A stretch of 62,231 nt of DNA, filler included, from Asterionella formosa (GCA_002256025.1; 14 parts of 14 records of this genome joined end to end with filler, not necessarily neighbours in it), one strand, 5' to 3'; counted from the whole stretch's first letter, positions 34,086-47,439 are shown. Numbers and translations are program-made. Notes: generated by a model not told the origin, from the letters alone.

Positions 34086-35668
34086 TCATTCGCTTACCTA
34101 CTGCCCACAAATTTTGCATAAATGTCAATTTTAGCCTACTATTGCCCATCATATAAAATATATTTTGGATATTTCCTATCTTCACCTCGGAAATTGCCAA
34201 AGGTCCGATATTGCCCATCATTAAAATTTAATTTTTATATTTCATATGTTCGCATTTTGGCAAGACAACAGACGCCAATTGCCCCTCGGTTTGTTTCCAG
34301 CCCTGGGATTGCCGAAATCGGCAAGGGGTCTACTTAAGGAAACCATTTTATATACTATCCAGATTTTGATAATTTATATCCAGAATTCACCTCGTTTTTG
34401 TTCGTCTCCTGAAAAGTGGACTCCGGCAATTCACCTTTCACCATGCCAATCGTCGTCCATCATGACCGGTTTGAAGCGAAATCAGTTCCGCGATGACGCC
34501 AGTAGCGATTCTTTGCCTAACGGATGCGGTTGATTGTTGGATTGCTTGTCTTCTCGAGGCATTCATGTAGTTGCATCGTCCATATTTCGTCGGACGAATG
34601 ATGATATCGATACATCTGATGTTGGTGGCAAGTTTTTGCTCCGGTCATGTATGTAATGATGCTTAACGGATATTCTACCGGTACCGGCAGTCATCTAGTC
34701 TACATACGTACGTGGTACTGAAAACAACCATGCATGGTTTAAGCTATGGTTTAACGCTTACTTTGAACACGTAATAATATAATTTCTGTAGACTCGGTAT
34801 TATTTTTACGAGACCTGAAATGTTGAATTATATCGTTCACATATTCATTGATTTTACATACCGTATGCCCGATTTCGTCCTCACAAATACCTTTGCTCTA
34901 TTCGGGCTTGCAATAGGCAACGTTCGTCTTTCTTTTATCCCATCGTCTGCTGCTTGTTATGCTAGTTGAAGCGGATCGGTGAGTACAACAGTGAAACACT
35001 GAATCTGGATTGTAGATCGTATTTATCGACTTTCCGATTTGATTGCTTCCATGGTTTGTTTTGATCGCTTCCATCGTTGTTTGTCGTTACGCACTGTCGT
35101 TTTGTTTCGATTGTACATATCTACATAAGAACCAATGCATTTATCAATGACTACTCATTGAAGATGTGGTATTGTGCCGTTGTTGATCGTATTTGTTGAT
35201 TTGTATAGTCGTTGACAATGATGTCAATATCGCCACCAAGCAATGCTTTTCTTGTACTAACGCGCTTTGCTACAATTCTACTACGAGCTCGTATCAGAAG
35301 CTACATGAATACTCAGCTAGAGAGAGTCAATAGTGCTGGAGCAGCGTGGCGATCATGCTTGCTCAGAATGGAATGATCAGGGTTGCTTGTTTGGTGGGCA
35401 GCGGAGAGGAATGACTGTGGCGGAAATACTGCTACTGGTGTCAGGCTACTACAGCGATGCGCATGGTTGCAGAAACCAGACTATTTACGCTACATATCGA
35501 TGCAGGTCAAGATTGGGTTCAGCTTTTCCCTTCTTATTTTGGTCTTCGATTGTGTGGTGATGGAAAGTNNNNNNNNNNNNNNNNNNNNNNNNNNNNNNNN
35601 NNNNNNNNNNNNTTAATTAATTAANNNNNNNNNNNNNNNNNNNNNNNNNNNNNNNNNNNNNNNNNNNN

Positions 35669-35765
35669 TGTTCAATGCAATATTCCTGAAACCCAGGGGC
35701 CAATCACAGTTGTTGCACTATGCAAAAGCAGCATACCCTGTCTCAAAACTCTTCAATGGCCATGT
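35669..35765 (+). pseudogene. Third fragment of the Crinkler-like gene 3' end
   Basis: Near-identical to about 19902-19996 (GCAATATTCCT...GGGGCCAATCACAGTTGTTGCACTATGCAAAAGCAGCATACCCTGTCTCA). Confidence 0.65.
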
Positions 35766-38051
35766 TTGTAAATCATATAATTAGTTGAATTTATCAATAC
35801 ATAAGAACTCAGCACGCAAAGGCGAAGGTTTGAAGAGATGATATATCAATGTCCTCAATGGCATGAAGTTTGGGATTGACTGCTTGGCAGTATGGGTCAC
35901 AGATGATAAGGGAATTGGAAGGGAAATAGGGATTTCAAGTGTTCTTCAATTATTGGAAATAATTACATATATTTTTATAAATGATAGTGAATAAGAAAAT
36001 TTATGAGTATGCTTTAATAAACTTGACTGAGTGTGGAGGCTGGTGGATTGTTTTGGAAGGGCAACAGGGTTGGGCGCAGCGAACTAGCTAATGGGTGATA
36101 GTCCCCTACAGGCGCTTTTTGCATTTAATTTGACTGGTTAGGCCCATGTACCTACCGATAGGATACAGCACTTCGATCCAAATTATGGCTTGGTGCGCCC
36201 CCGAAGTACATCAGGTATGCACCGGCCTGTTGTACCAGTAGCTGGTTTTAAATTCTTTGCAAAATTTAGCACAACCCAATATTTGTTTTGCATACATAAA
36301 GTAGAGTCGTCATAGTTGATGTTGTTCATTTCCTCTTTCTTTAAATATACGAATGAACATACCGGCCCTTGAATCATCATGAATCTCTTGACAAATACAT
36401 GCCACATACACTGAGCCACAGCCTCACACTCGATTGCTACACTCACCATGATGATATCTCTGTTTGTCATTGTTTGATCTTCATCATCAATGCCTTGATA
36501 TAACTTTGATCGACCAGCAATGGCTTCCTCATTGAGTCCCAGATGTTCTTGGTGACAGGTAGTACCATTCGTTCCATGTTCCATGAGCTTGTTGGAAACT
36601 TGCAATTGATTTTCAGTGACGAAGGTAGAACAAATAGAAAGAAACACGACAAATAATAGCAATACTAACAAGCAAGGCACTGAAGGTAATCCATCCTTGC
36701 TATCAGCATAAATCCAATGCCCATGTCTGAACATGAAGAGTCAATTTGTCAGAATTGCCAAAAGCTTGCCGAGGTGAATACTTTCTACAAGTTTCTGCCA
36801 AAAAACAAGGAAAGGAGAAAGATATCTACAGGTTTCAACAAAAAGTACAAGAAGTATTTGATCCATTGGGAAGAAATTTAAAATGATGCAATTGATAAGA
36901 GAGTCTTGGAATTGAGACGATTTACTTTCGTGGTGACAAGAGAATGCCTTGCATCAATCAAGAATACAAGAATGGTGTTATGGGGAATGTACTAGGTCCT
37001 CCTTTATTGTTTGTTGAAACAGGAACATGTATCCTCACAAATTTATTTTCTGAAATTGAGTGTGCTCAATATATTTGATGTAATTTCTGTTTGTAAACAG
37101 CTATCTTTGGAGGAAGAAAAAAAAGAAAGGCAATTAAATCTTGAATGCATTGCATTTTTGTCTCCACTAATGGCCATACAGGCAGAGGACATTAATATAA
37201 TTGTTGCAAAGCACACAAAGCAACAAGGTGGACCAAAGGAATGAAGATACTTGTTCTCAACCACATATGATTCATAATGGTGCTATATAATTGAACTTAC
37301 TAATTCTTTCCACTTACTTCGGTATGTTATTAATTACATTCTAGCATTAATTATCTTTCTTAGCAGTTTTGAGGTTGACAACCAATGTTAAAATTGCTCA
37401 AAACTAAAGTGGAATGAGTGCGCTCGAGGAACCATTGACTCATTCTATAAGTCCAAATGTTACAATTCTTGAACCAGCAGTGAACAAGCAATCCACAAGA
37501 TCACAGTAAGGAACAAAGATAAGAGAAGTTTAGTGATGGCCATTGCCATGGCCGTTGTGATGACCAAAATACAAGCATTTTTGAGCAATAAATATTTTGA
37601 AGGTGACCAGTCAAGATTCTCAAGGCCTGCCTGCTTATCCCAATTCAATGTTATCTGTCTAATCTTTGCACTTGGAATGTATTTATGTCAATTCAATGCA
37701 GCTCTTGAAAAAATTAGTTGTTTCCAGGCCATCACCATGACAAGAGATTTGTCACTTTTTTAACAGGCTTTGAGGACGAGCAAAAATGATGAGCTTCTCG
37801 ATCCTTGGATGGCAAGAATGTACTCTGCAGTAGTAGATAAAATGGTTGTAAATTACGGTAACAATCAGCATTATATATGCCGCCATCCTCAGTTGGTGAG
37901 ACTGTAGACATTGCTTGCTGGTGTTACTCCTTTGCAAGGAAGAAAAGCATTTATCCATGGGATTCTAGAGTACTGGTAATAGTTAAGAGGAATAGTGTAT
38001 GATTTTATGCAGTTACTATGTCCAAATAAATTACGGCTGTTCCATTTTTAA

Positions 38052-38762
38052 GGTTCCTACATTCCAACCCTAGTTTAGAGGTAGGGTTAAAAAATATAGA
38101 ATCAGAGTACTCAAACAAACACTTCTTACAAGTGTAACATAAATGTTTATCACTAAACGGAGCTTTCACCATTACACACACTTTCCATATGCTTAAATAC
38201 AGTCATTGACAAAAGTAGGGGTATAGTTCAACGCTATATATTGTCAGGATATAGGATCTGGCAAGAAACTGCAGAAAGGAACTTCGGTTTTTTAACTATG
38301 CTAAAAGACTCGAATTTCTCGCTGGAAGTTATAAACTGATGCTATTTGAAGTTTACCTATATAAATCGGCTTCAGACCCAGCCAAGGTTGAGCTATCGTC
38401 GTCCAAAAATTCGACCAAATCGGCCTTTTCTACGGTCTCCAAAATATCGGAATCAGAACTACTTAGAGCCGAAACGTCATCATCTGAATCAGACAAAAAT
38501 TCGACCAAATCGGCCTTTTCTACGGTCTCCAAAATATCGGAATCAGAACTACTTAGAGCCGAAACTTCATCATCTGAATCAGAGTCTTGTGATGCAATAT
38601 TTAGTCGTAAAATTTCCTGTACCAAAAATTCCATTGTAAGTGCGCGCAGTATTATATATGCACTGATTGGCTATTGCGAAATGCTTACCTCCGTTTGATT
38701 GTCCCAAGAATTGCAAACCCACACCGGCCACATTGGATACACAAGTAACATTTTCTTGGGTA
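38052..38762 (+). mobile_element. Repeat family A, long copy with an internal 90-bp tandem duplication
   Basis: Starts TTAA|GGTTCCTACATT; collinear with 16426-17120 but has lost the right arm of the internal inverted repeat. Confidence 0.8.
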
Positions 38763-38783
38763 TACCGGTAGGCCGGTACCAGG

Positions 38784-40017
38784 TGAAGTATCTAACTAGA
38801 AGTAGTAGTATTTGTTGAATATATAAGCTTATTAATTAATCCTTATGTACAACTCATTTCCTGAACTGACATCAAAGTATAGAATGGGTGCTAGTCGAGT
38901 TCTCTCAATATACAATTCCGATATATTTGATATAACCCTAACCCTAAATACATCTGTATCGATGTGCAGGATTGCTCACTCTCCCACACTTGAGGGAAAA
39001 CCTTTTACCTATGAAAAGGTTTGATACGACGAATATTAATTTGTTCTGTAATGTGCATAGTGCGTTGAAAAGTAACTGTACCATTGGCGTGTACTTGAAT
39101 AATAGTATAAGGACCTCGTCCACGATCATCCAAAGTAGTAGGATTATCCAATAATATTAGAATCTCGTCACCCACTTTGTAATCATAAGATCGACGACGG
39201 AAATTAGCACGACGTAAACGTTCGTCAATTATCACTTGTCGACGTTGATATATTAATTGTAAATCTGTAATCAAAGGAATATTTAATATCATATCACGTT
39301 GAAAAACCCATGCTCCTGGTGAAATACATAATATACTATGAATAGTAGTTCGAGCTGGATATGATGCAGCTGCAAAACATGTATCCACAATATTTGGGCT
39401 TGAAATTCATTGATTGGAGGATGAGCCTTTAACATAACTCGTAGACTATTGCTGATAGATTGATGTAAACGTTCACAGATAGCATTTGCTTGTGGATTTT
39501 CTACAGTAGTAGTCATATCTTTGATTCCATTCAATACTAACATGTGTAAGAAAGGAGCACCAGTAAATTCACCTCCATTGTCATGTATACAACGTTCTGG
39601 ACGGGGATATCTGGCTAACCAATCATTTTCAAATTTCATCGTAATATATTCTGATGTTTTATTGGTGATACGTGAAATTTTTGCTAAATTGGTGACTGTG
39701 TCAATACAAGTTAGAGCACGAAATTCAATCGTTTGAGCAGCCACTATTATCTTCCATGGACCAATTAGATCTACTGCAACTTCTGACCATGGTAATAATA
39801 ATGCATTCCTGGGTGGAAGTTCACCAAAACCAGTACCAGGTAATTTTGTACGTTGACATGCTTCACATACTCTTACAATATGTTCCACTTTTGCTTTTAA
39901 TGTAGGGTGATAAAAATGTGTAGCAATTGTAGCATTTAATCTTGTCATACCAACATGAGCAAACATCTGATGATACCAATTAATAATAGGATCCAATAAT
40001 GATGTAGGAATAGCAAT
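38784..40017 (-). mobile_element. Ty3/gypsy retrotransposon 3' end: frameshifted integrase, polypurine tract and 3' LTR (38978-38784)
   Basis: HHCC (WYHQMFAH..CEACQ), VAVDLIGPW, IHDNGGEF and NPQANAICERLH; frameshift near 39390; stop at 39005; purine tract GGGAGAG, then TGAG...TTCA LTR. Confidence 0.9.
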
Positions 40018-41322
40018 NNNNNNNNNNNNNNNNNNNNNNNNNNNNNNNNNNNNNNNNNNNNTTAATTAATTAANNNNNNNNNNNNNNNNNNNNNNNNNNN
40101 NNNNNNNNNNNNNNNNNGTTAGCAATGAAAGTATCCGGCACCATTGTTTGCTAATAAAATAAATATTCAGTACGACATTTACTGCAAAGGGTCACCTCAA
40201 CATTCCCCGAGCTCGCCATTCATTACTCGTCATTGGTGTCTAGGTGTTTTGTACACATATTTCTTCTGTATACCGGCATTCGAGTAAACTACCGGTAAAG
40301 ATTTTGCAGAACGTGGCACACAGCAAGGTAGGAAACAAGAAAAATCACTCACGGTCCAATGTGGTGAACTGACGACATTACATTCGTATGCATAGAATCC
40401 AAGCACATAGGGGGCTATATTGGCGATATATATGGAGATTAATTCTTGAATTTTCAATGGTTCCAGCAAGATGAGATGATGTACCGGTGGTACTGGTACA
40501 AGACTAACGATGGGATCACACGGCATGTTCCAGTGTCATGTTTATTGGGGTACCCTGGTACCAGGTGGTACCAGGTACTACCGGTAAATGAACATAACCC
40601 AGAGTCAGTATTTAGTGTGACAGAATCTTCAACCACACTATTAATCATCTTGCACATGGCCATGATTGCATGTCACAGGGTGAAGTTGACATTCACAATA
40701 TCAGATGATAGCAAGGGGATGTCAATGTAGTGTTTTCGGTTGACTAACAAGAAGGTCATGGCGATCCATCATGTTACTATTTTTCCAAATTTCCTGATGA
40801 GTGATCATTTATCTAAACAAATGGTTGATTGTGTTACATTTAGAACATCAAGTCCATTTCTAGACCAAGTAAATGCTGGCAGGTAGGCTTATATTTCTGG
40901 AAAAACTCTCTTTATGAACACTTTAGCTTGAATCAATGTAGCACTACATAAGTACATGTCTAAATCAACCAGCATGATGGTGCATTGACACAATATTCAT
41001 GAGGTTTCCTTTATTGTCTAAATGAAATTATCAAAATATGTAAAAAAACAGAAATCAATGTCACAATATAAATATCAAGTTGAGCAGGATATTGTCACTT
41101 TTTTCTGTCATCCTCTCGGTGACTGGTTTGGAATTCTGGTAGATTTATTCCCTCCTGCTTGTATGTAAATACTAATACTAATAATATAAATCGAACCTAC
41201 GGATATGTATAAGGTCGGCCCTAAGCTCGTTTTAATTTCCAGTTCACTTACAATAGAGTATACTGGCAATTAAAGTCTCCAAACATCTATAAATAGCCAT
41301 CAATGTTCACTTCACCATCAGC

Positions 41323-42123
41323 TTAGGTAATGGTTGGCCGGTATTTCTTGGCCTCAACAATGCCAGATGACGCAAACCCCGATTTTCCCTTGACCAACTT
41401 GAGAATATGCTTTACTTTTAATTTCTTGGAAGTGATGGGGCACACCATGGTTGGTTCTACAAGTTGAGTGTACATTTTCTCCAAAATGACATGGCCCCCC
41501 GAGGGTCCACAAAGTGCTACTGCAGGTTGTGTCGAAATAATTTTTTCCGATAGAGCACAAATGACCTTTCCATCTCTACGTTTAATAATAAGAGGTTGCA
41601 AGTCTTTGTGACGCAATGGATTTCCCGAAAACGGAGAAGGGGGTCGATCTGGAGGCGGTTCCGCACGGAGTTGGCCATTATTGTATTCTGGTTGATGTTC
41701 CGCCAACCAGTAGCCGGTAAGTGGCACTTCTTTTGGAAGAGCCCTTTTCCTTGATGAGGTGGTCGCCTTTTGCGTGTCTTCAAATGTTTGTATGTCTTCT
41801 GCTTGTTTGCGCTGGACGCTTCGTACTTCTTCCTTGTTAATTTCCTCCTCATGTCGATCATATTCCTTCCTTGCTTCCTTCAGTCCCAGTGTAGTTGTCA
41901 ATAAATACTCCAAAATAGCTTCTCTACTGTAAATGTGACCACTGGGGGTAGCTACTGGGTCAGTCGGTTCAGATAGAGACAATTGGCAATCTCCAAACTT
42001 GCCTTGAGCGTCCGTGGAGAGGCGGACAGTCGTTGTCCCCAGTTGCGAGGATTCGAACTTTTTGGTTCGTTCATATGCCGTTAACGGCATATTTCCACCG
42101 GGTTGTTTGCTCTTTCTGCCCAT
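41323..42123 (-). CDS. NOSIP: Nitric oxide synthase-interacting protein homolog (U-box/RING-like splicing factor)
   Basis: RLSTDAQGKFGDCQLSL...PVATPSGHIYSREAILEYLL N-terminal domain; C-terminal CPIT..L....ILKL..GKSGFAS. Confidence 0.9.
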   Translation of the reverse strand: MGRKSKQPGGNMPLTAYERTKKFESSQLGTTTVRLSTDAQGKFGDCQLSLSEPTDPVATPSGHIYSREAILEYLLTTTLGLKEARKEYDRHEEEINKEEVRSVQRKQAEDIQTFEDTQKATTSSRKRALPKEVPLTGYWLAEHQPEYNNGQLRAEPPPDRPPSPFSGNPLRHKDLQPLIIKRRDGKVICALSEKIISTQPAVALCGPSGGHVILEKMYTQLVEPTMVCPITSKKLKVKHILKLVKGKSGFASSGIVEAKKYRPTIT

Positions 42124-42526
42124 GTTGATGATGTTGATGATGATGATGATGTTCTTGATACTTTTCTTTCTGTTTGGCTATGATGGAATGTGAATGCTGG
42201 CAGGGGAAATGAAACGAAACGAAAGCAACGAAAAGAAGAAACAAGAGCATCAATTGGCAAAGTGTACTCCGGGGGGAATCCATCCCGTACGTGGTACTCC
42301 ATACCAGGTAAACGGGGGGGCCTAATGTATTATTATTTAAATACTCTACACAAAGTATGATTAAATAATTAACTACACTTGATGACGTATATACCGGTAT
42401 ACCGGTATATATAAAATATATGTATTTTTTCAACTTGCTTTGCTCCTTGTCGCCGTACTGGTTTGCTTGGCACCTGATATAATTCAGATCAGAATGACCG
42501 ACAGTGCGATCAGCATCAATCAGTAA

Positions 42527-44463
42527 ATGGAGGCGAGCTCGTCGTTAATGTGTATGAAGAATACGGTAGACAAGGGCATCATCATGGAAGGCTCTCTTAT
42601 TAATAATAACCGAGTAATGGAGGAGGGAGATCGGAACTCACCAGCGGTAGAAGAGCATCATAAAGAGGATCACAAACCAACCTCCTACCAACGTCGCCAT
42701 ACTACTACTACAACAACAACTAGTTCAACTGCTGGCAATAGTGATGATGAATCCTTGTCGAAAGATAGTGGCAATGACCATCGAAAACGCAAGCATCATC
42801 GGTCTAACGAACGCAATAAGGACGACCATAGTAAGAAACATAAGAGTCGGTCCGACGAACGACGCAAAAAGAAACACCGAAAGGAAAAGAAGCATCGACG
42901 CGACAGAAATTCGAGTGAAAGTGATGATGATGACGACGACGACTCCAGCAACTACAACAAAAATAAGAAAAACAAAGAGGCTTCCAAAAAGGTTATGAAC
43001 ACCAAATTATTAGACAAATTGTCCGCTCGCGGTGAAACACTTGAAGAACGAGAAGCCCGTCGAGCACTACGTCGAGCTGCTAGAATTACTCAAAAGTTTG
43101 GCTATACGGCAGAAAATAATCCATTCAATGATCCCAATTTGCACGAGGCATTTTCATGGAAAAAGAAGAACGAAACATTAGAAAAGCCTGATTCGTCGCG
43201 TCAGGGCAAACAAGATGACATTTTTGATGAAATTGAAAAAGTTCGTCAACGACGACAGGATAGAGAACATCACTTTGAAGAAATGGAGAGAATTAGAGCG
43301 GAAGAGAGTCGTATGAAGGAGTTGGAGAACTATGATGACTGGGCACGAAAGGAAGAAGAATTCCATCTGCAGCAGCAGCGACAAAGGTCCGCGATACGAC
43401 TAGTTGAAGGGCGAGAAAAACCTGTGGATGTTTTGGCCAAGAATTTGCTCATGTTTGGATTGTCAGAAGAAGAAAAGAAAAATAGAGCGGCAGTCAAATA
43501 TGAAGAAAAATATAACGCCCTTAAGGAGTTGGACACATTGGAAGCAGAGTTGGAAGAGCCTCATGTTGTTCTCAAGGACTTGACGCTCGAAGAACTGATA
43601 GAGCTTCTTTCTGATGTTGATGAATTCAGAAAATTGGAACGTGAAGCTTCAAGCACCTTTGACACTCGGAACTCTGCGGTTTTAAAGTACTGGGATGATA
43701 TCTACTTGGTCACGCAGGATGAAATCAATTTTCTTAAATATGGTGGCGCCGATGGGACTCGCGCTATGACTATTTTGGATATTAAGAAACTTTTTGAAGG
43801 ACAACTTCCAGATCATCTATACAAAATGAAGGCCGACGTTGAAGACAAGATACGAGCTAGCACTGTCTCCGCGGTTGACTTGGAATATTGGAAAACTGTG
43901 CTTGAGCAGTTGATTGTCTTTATTGCGAAAATTGAATTATCTGAGGTTCATTCCAAAATGTTGGTTCGACAACTTGAGCGGCTTGAAATTAAGAAGGATG
44001 AACTCCAAAAGGCAATGGAAAAGGAGGGGAAAGTCGCGGGTAGAAAGGAGCAATTCGACGACAAGGAGACTGCAGATGCCCGACCCAAAGATGTCGATGC
44101 TGGTTTTGGAGATTTGGATGAAGAGCTTGGCCTCGCTGATGAAATAGGCTTGATGAACAATGGAGAAGATTTTGTCAACAACAAGTTTCGACATCGGAAG
44201 CCTCGATACTTCAATCGAGTTAAAACTGGTTACGATTGGAACAAGTACAATCAAACACACTACGATCATGATAATCCTCCTCCAAAGACGGTGCATGGTT
44301 ATAAATTCAACATCTTTTACCCAGATCTTATCGACAAGACAAAAACTCCACAATATACCCTCCATCGGTCAGATTCAGATGAGTTTTGCATCATTCGTTT
44401 CCATGCGGGACCTCCCTACGAAGATATCGCCTTCAAGATCATAAATCGCGAATGGAACAAGTC
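42527..44463 (+). CDS. CACTIN: Cactin (spliceosome C*/P complex factor), 3' truncated by the contig end
   Basis: GYTAENNPFNDPNL, KEEEFHLQQ..RSAIRLVEGREKPVD, KPRYFNRVKTGYDWNKYNQTHYD.DNPPPK..GYKFNIFYPDLIDK and FHAGPPYEDIAFKI. Confidence 0.95.
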
Positions 44464-45987
44464 NNNNNNNNNNNNNNNNNNNNNNNNNNNNNNNNNNNNN
44501 NNNNNNNTTAATTAATTAANNNNNNNNNNNNNNNNNNNNNNNNNNNNNNNNNNNNNNNNNNNNCTTTCGATCAATTTCATCCTATTTTAGACAGTGATAT
44601 CGATGAGAATTACGATCATGCTAAGATAGATGTATGACAAAAGTATACACATCATATGACCATGTTTAACTAATTATATGATGCAATGGTATTATAACTA
44701 TGATAGTCTCATCATACTTCAAGCTCGGTAAAAGTTTACAGCATGATCATAATTATATGATACATTGATCATATTTTTGATCGAAAAACTATCATATATG
44801 TGAAAATCCTGTGCCACTTAGCGTACGATACCCTTGATCGTATTTTCATGATATTTTTTATTTACAGACGTTTAACTAGTTATATGCGAGGGTACGAGTG
44901 AAGTAGTCAAAGCAGGGTGTTCCATTTTCTTACTGAGTTCTCCCTTTTCAGCTATGAGAACCAGCCAGGACGCATTATAATTAAAAAATTTATTTATACT
45001 GAGAAGCAAGTAGCCAAAATTTGGGGTAAGGGTTAGGCCTTGCAGGAGGGCGGGAGGAGGCATCATTGATTTTTGATGAACAGGAAAGGTGGTACACTGC
45101 AGAAACCATCTAAATGAAGAAAAAATGTCTCACATTTTACTAGAGTATGCTTGATATTTTGTGGATGGTAAATCAGATGACCTACAACATACAGTACTAT
45201 TAGACTTGTTTATTCTGCAAATTGCTGTTGTCAGAGACATGAGGAAGTTGTTGGCACAAATATCAACTTCTTACCATAATGCTTCCTTCAATCTACCTCT
45301 CAAGAAAAGAAGTGTATAAGAGGAGAACCTTACTTACTACAAAAGGTCTCAAAAATAGTAAGTTACAGAAGCTCTGGAAGCTCATAGGAATCATGATGAT
45401 AAAAAAATTTGATTGAGCGTTGAAATGGGGTCTGCAAATAGAAAAAATCTTATTCGTGTGATGCATCTTATGATGAAGATCATTTGATTGTATAATTTCA
45501 ATATATCATCTAATCGCCATAAATGAAATAGTTGCCTTTTTGGAATATGCATATGCAACCATTATTCCATTTCTTTCTCCCGATTACATCAAGGGATGCA
45601 TGATGCAATATGTCCGGGCAAGGTGAATCACTTAACTGAAATGTTCTTGAACTGTGGCCGGGTCAGCTGGATCCTGGATTTGACATATCCCTTCCTTTAG
45701 TCCAAATATTTAATGGACAAAATGATTATTACCACATGATGATCTCTTGGTTACAGTACACTATAATCACATAAGTACACCCAACAAACAACGGGTGACA
45801 TTGCCCATTATAAGTGACTCCACCACAATTCATTTTCGGATTGTCATCAGCATCCACAATAACACTCATATTAGTTAGATGGAGTTTATGTGATATGAAT
45901 TGAGTGAGAATTTGGACTTTTGAATGAGATTTAAACTCCTCAATTTCTTTTTTAAAATGTACCATCATATTATAAGTTTTCGCGGCA

Positions 45988-46339
45988 AGGGAATGGCTTA
46001 GTGTTTAAGCACGTTGCCTTTGATCTGAGGTTGTGAGGTTCGATTCCCGCAATTTTTTGAAAAGCAATTGTTGGGTTCGACTCCCACACTCCTTACCGTC
46101 CCGCACGGTCTTGCCTGGTGTGCGAAAAATAGTGCTACAAGCAGCTTATGCCGCCTTCCTATGCAGTCGGAGTTTCCCCTAAAGCTGCGGCTAAGACGAT
46201 CACCGTTCGCGAAAGGTGGTTGGGGACTCACCTACGCTAACAAAACTACTAGGGAAGCACAGGTCTTGTTGGCAGGTAGCACAATGAAATATTTGCCTTG
46301 AAAGAGGGGAGAACGAATGGGCTATAAAACATACTAGCT
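45988..46339 (+). mobile_element. tRNA-derived SINE (352 bp) with an 18-bp target-site duplication
   Basis: A box TGGCTTAGTGT, B box GGTTCGATTCC and a second B box GGTTCGACTCC. Flanked by TTATAAGTTTTC(G/A)CGGCA at 45970-45987 and 46340-46357. Confidence 0.8.
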
Positions 46340-46631
46340 TTATAAGTTTTCACGGCATAAGAACAAACTTCTTGGGAAGTTCGAGAATAAAGTTCTTTCT
46401 TCCCATCGCTCGAATTTCGTTCTCAGGATGATCACGCACATGAAGGTAAAATAAGAAAAAAGAGGAAACACAATTCATTCACAGGAATTTTCCTCCATAA
46501 ATGTATTACCTTCAGGATTCTCCATGATGATAATATTTGACAACATCTTTTTCAGCTTCATATGATTCAATAAAAAAACATTTCGATCATCCCTGTCATT
46601 GGACATAACGAATTTGGAAAGCTTTATCATA

Positions 46632-46780
46632 GCAGTAGTTGTAGTTGTAGTAGTAGTAGTAGTTGTTGTTGTTGTTCCTGTTGTTGTTCCTGTTGTTGTT
46701 CCTGTTATTGTTCCTGTTATTGTTCCTGTTGTTGTTCCTGTTGTTGTTCCTGTTGCTGTTCCTGTTGCTGTTCCTGTTGT
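46632..46780. repeat. Micro/minisatellite (GTA/GTT)n + (CCTGTTGTTGTT)n
   Basis: Directly visible trinucleotide and 12-bp units. Confidence 0.95.
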
Positions 46781-47439
46781 CTGGATATCAAGATCAAATG
46801 AAACAGTAAACCCACTCCATTGACGATTCAAGTGGAGTTTCTAACCTGACTTGAAATAGCAAGATCAGTTGCCAATGCATATACAAGTCAAACAAAGAAG
46901 GCTGTGACAAGCAACAAGAGTAAATTTGATTTTGTACTCTGTCTTGCCAATGATGAACTGATACATTGGACTCAATATCTCCATGAAAATTGACAATGAA
47001 TGATCATCCTATTTTGCACATATATCTTCCCTAACATAGATGATGTAATTGTTCTATAATGAATGTTTTTCATTAATATTGACAACAAAAACTGAGATCA
47101 CCTCCACAAAAAAAATTTGGTTGATGTTTGCTCAATTTTAAAGAAATAGCCAAGCAAACAAGTAGAGACATCATTGAGTCCGTAATAGTAGCTAGCTGGC
47201 TTGATAACATTTGCTACTAGATGATTATTTCAACAAGTTACTGTACAAATTAACATGAATTATTTGAGAAAGTGAAATATTAGAAAGGGTGCAACAGCTC
47301 AAAAGGCAAGAAAATTTTGTGAGGGTGTATCTTATAGAGAGGGTCACTTAGAAGGATATCCCAATTGGTGCATCTCATGGTGGAGAAGAGTGTATCTGTT
47401 AGAGAGGGTGTATCCTGGCTTATAGGGCGGAGGTTCTAC

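Noticed and set aside
36183..37958. Several 60-180 aa ORFs
   Set aside because: No recognisable motifs; possibly a decayed gene, but I cannot support a call.
38339..38698. Acidic/Ser-rich ORFs (also 16829-17296)
   Set aside because: They lie inside repeat family A, and the frames are not conserved between copies.
38933..38947. Telomere-like CCCTAA/TTAGGG doublets (also about 1508 and 14590)
   Set aside because: Only about two units, internal, and two of the cases are inside LTRs.
45988..46055. Functional tRNA genes (also 55787 and 57567)
   Set aside because: A and B boxes are present but the cloverleafs are incomplete; shared bodies and TSDs indicate SINEs.
46475..46831. Thr-rich and Val-rich ORFs
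   Set aside because: Chance frames through a 3n minisatellite.
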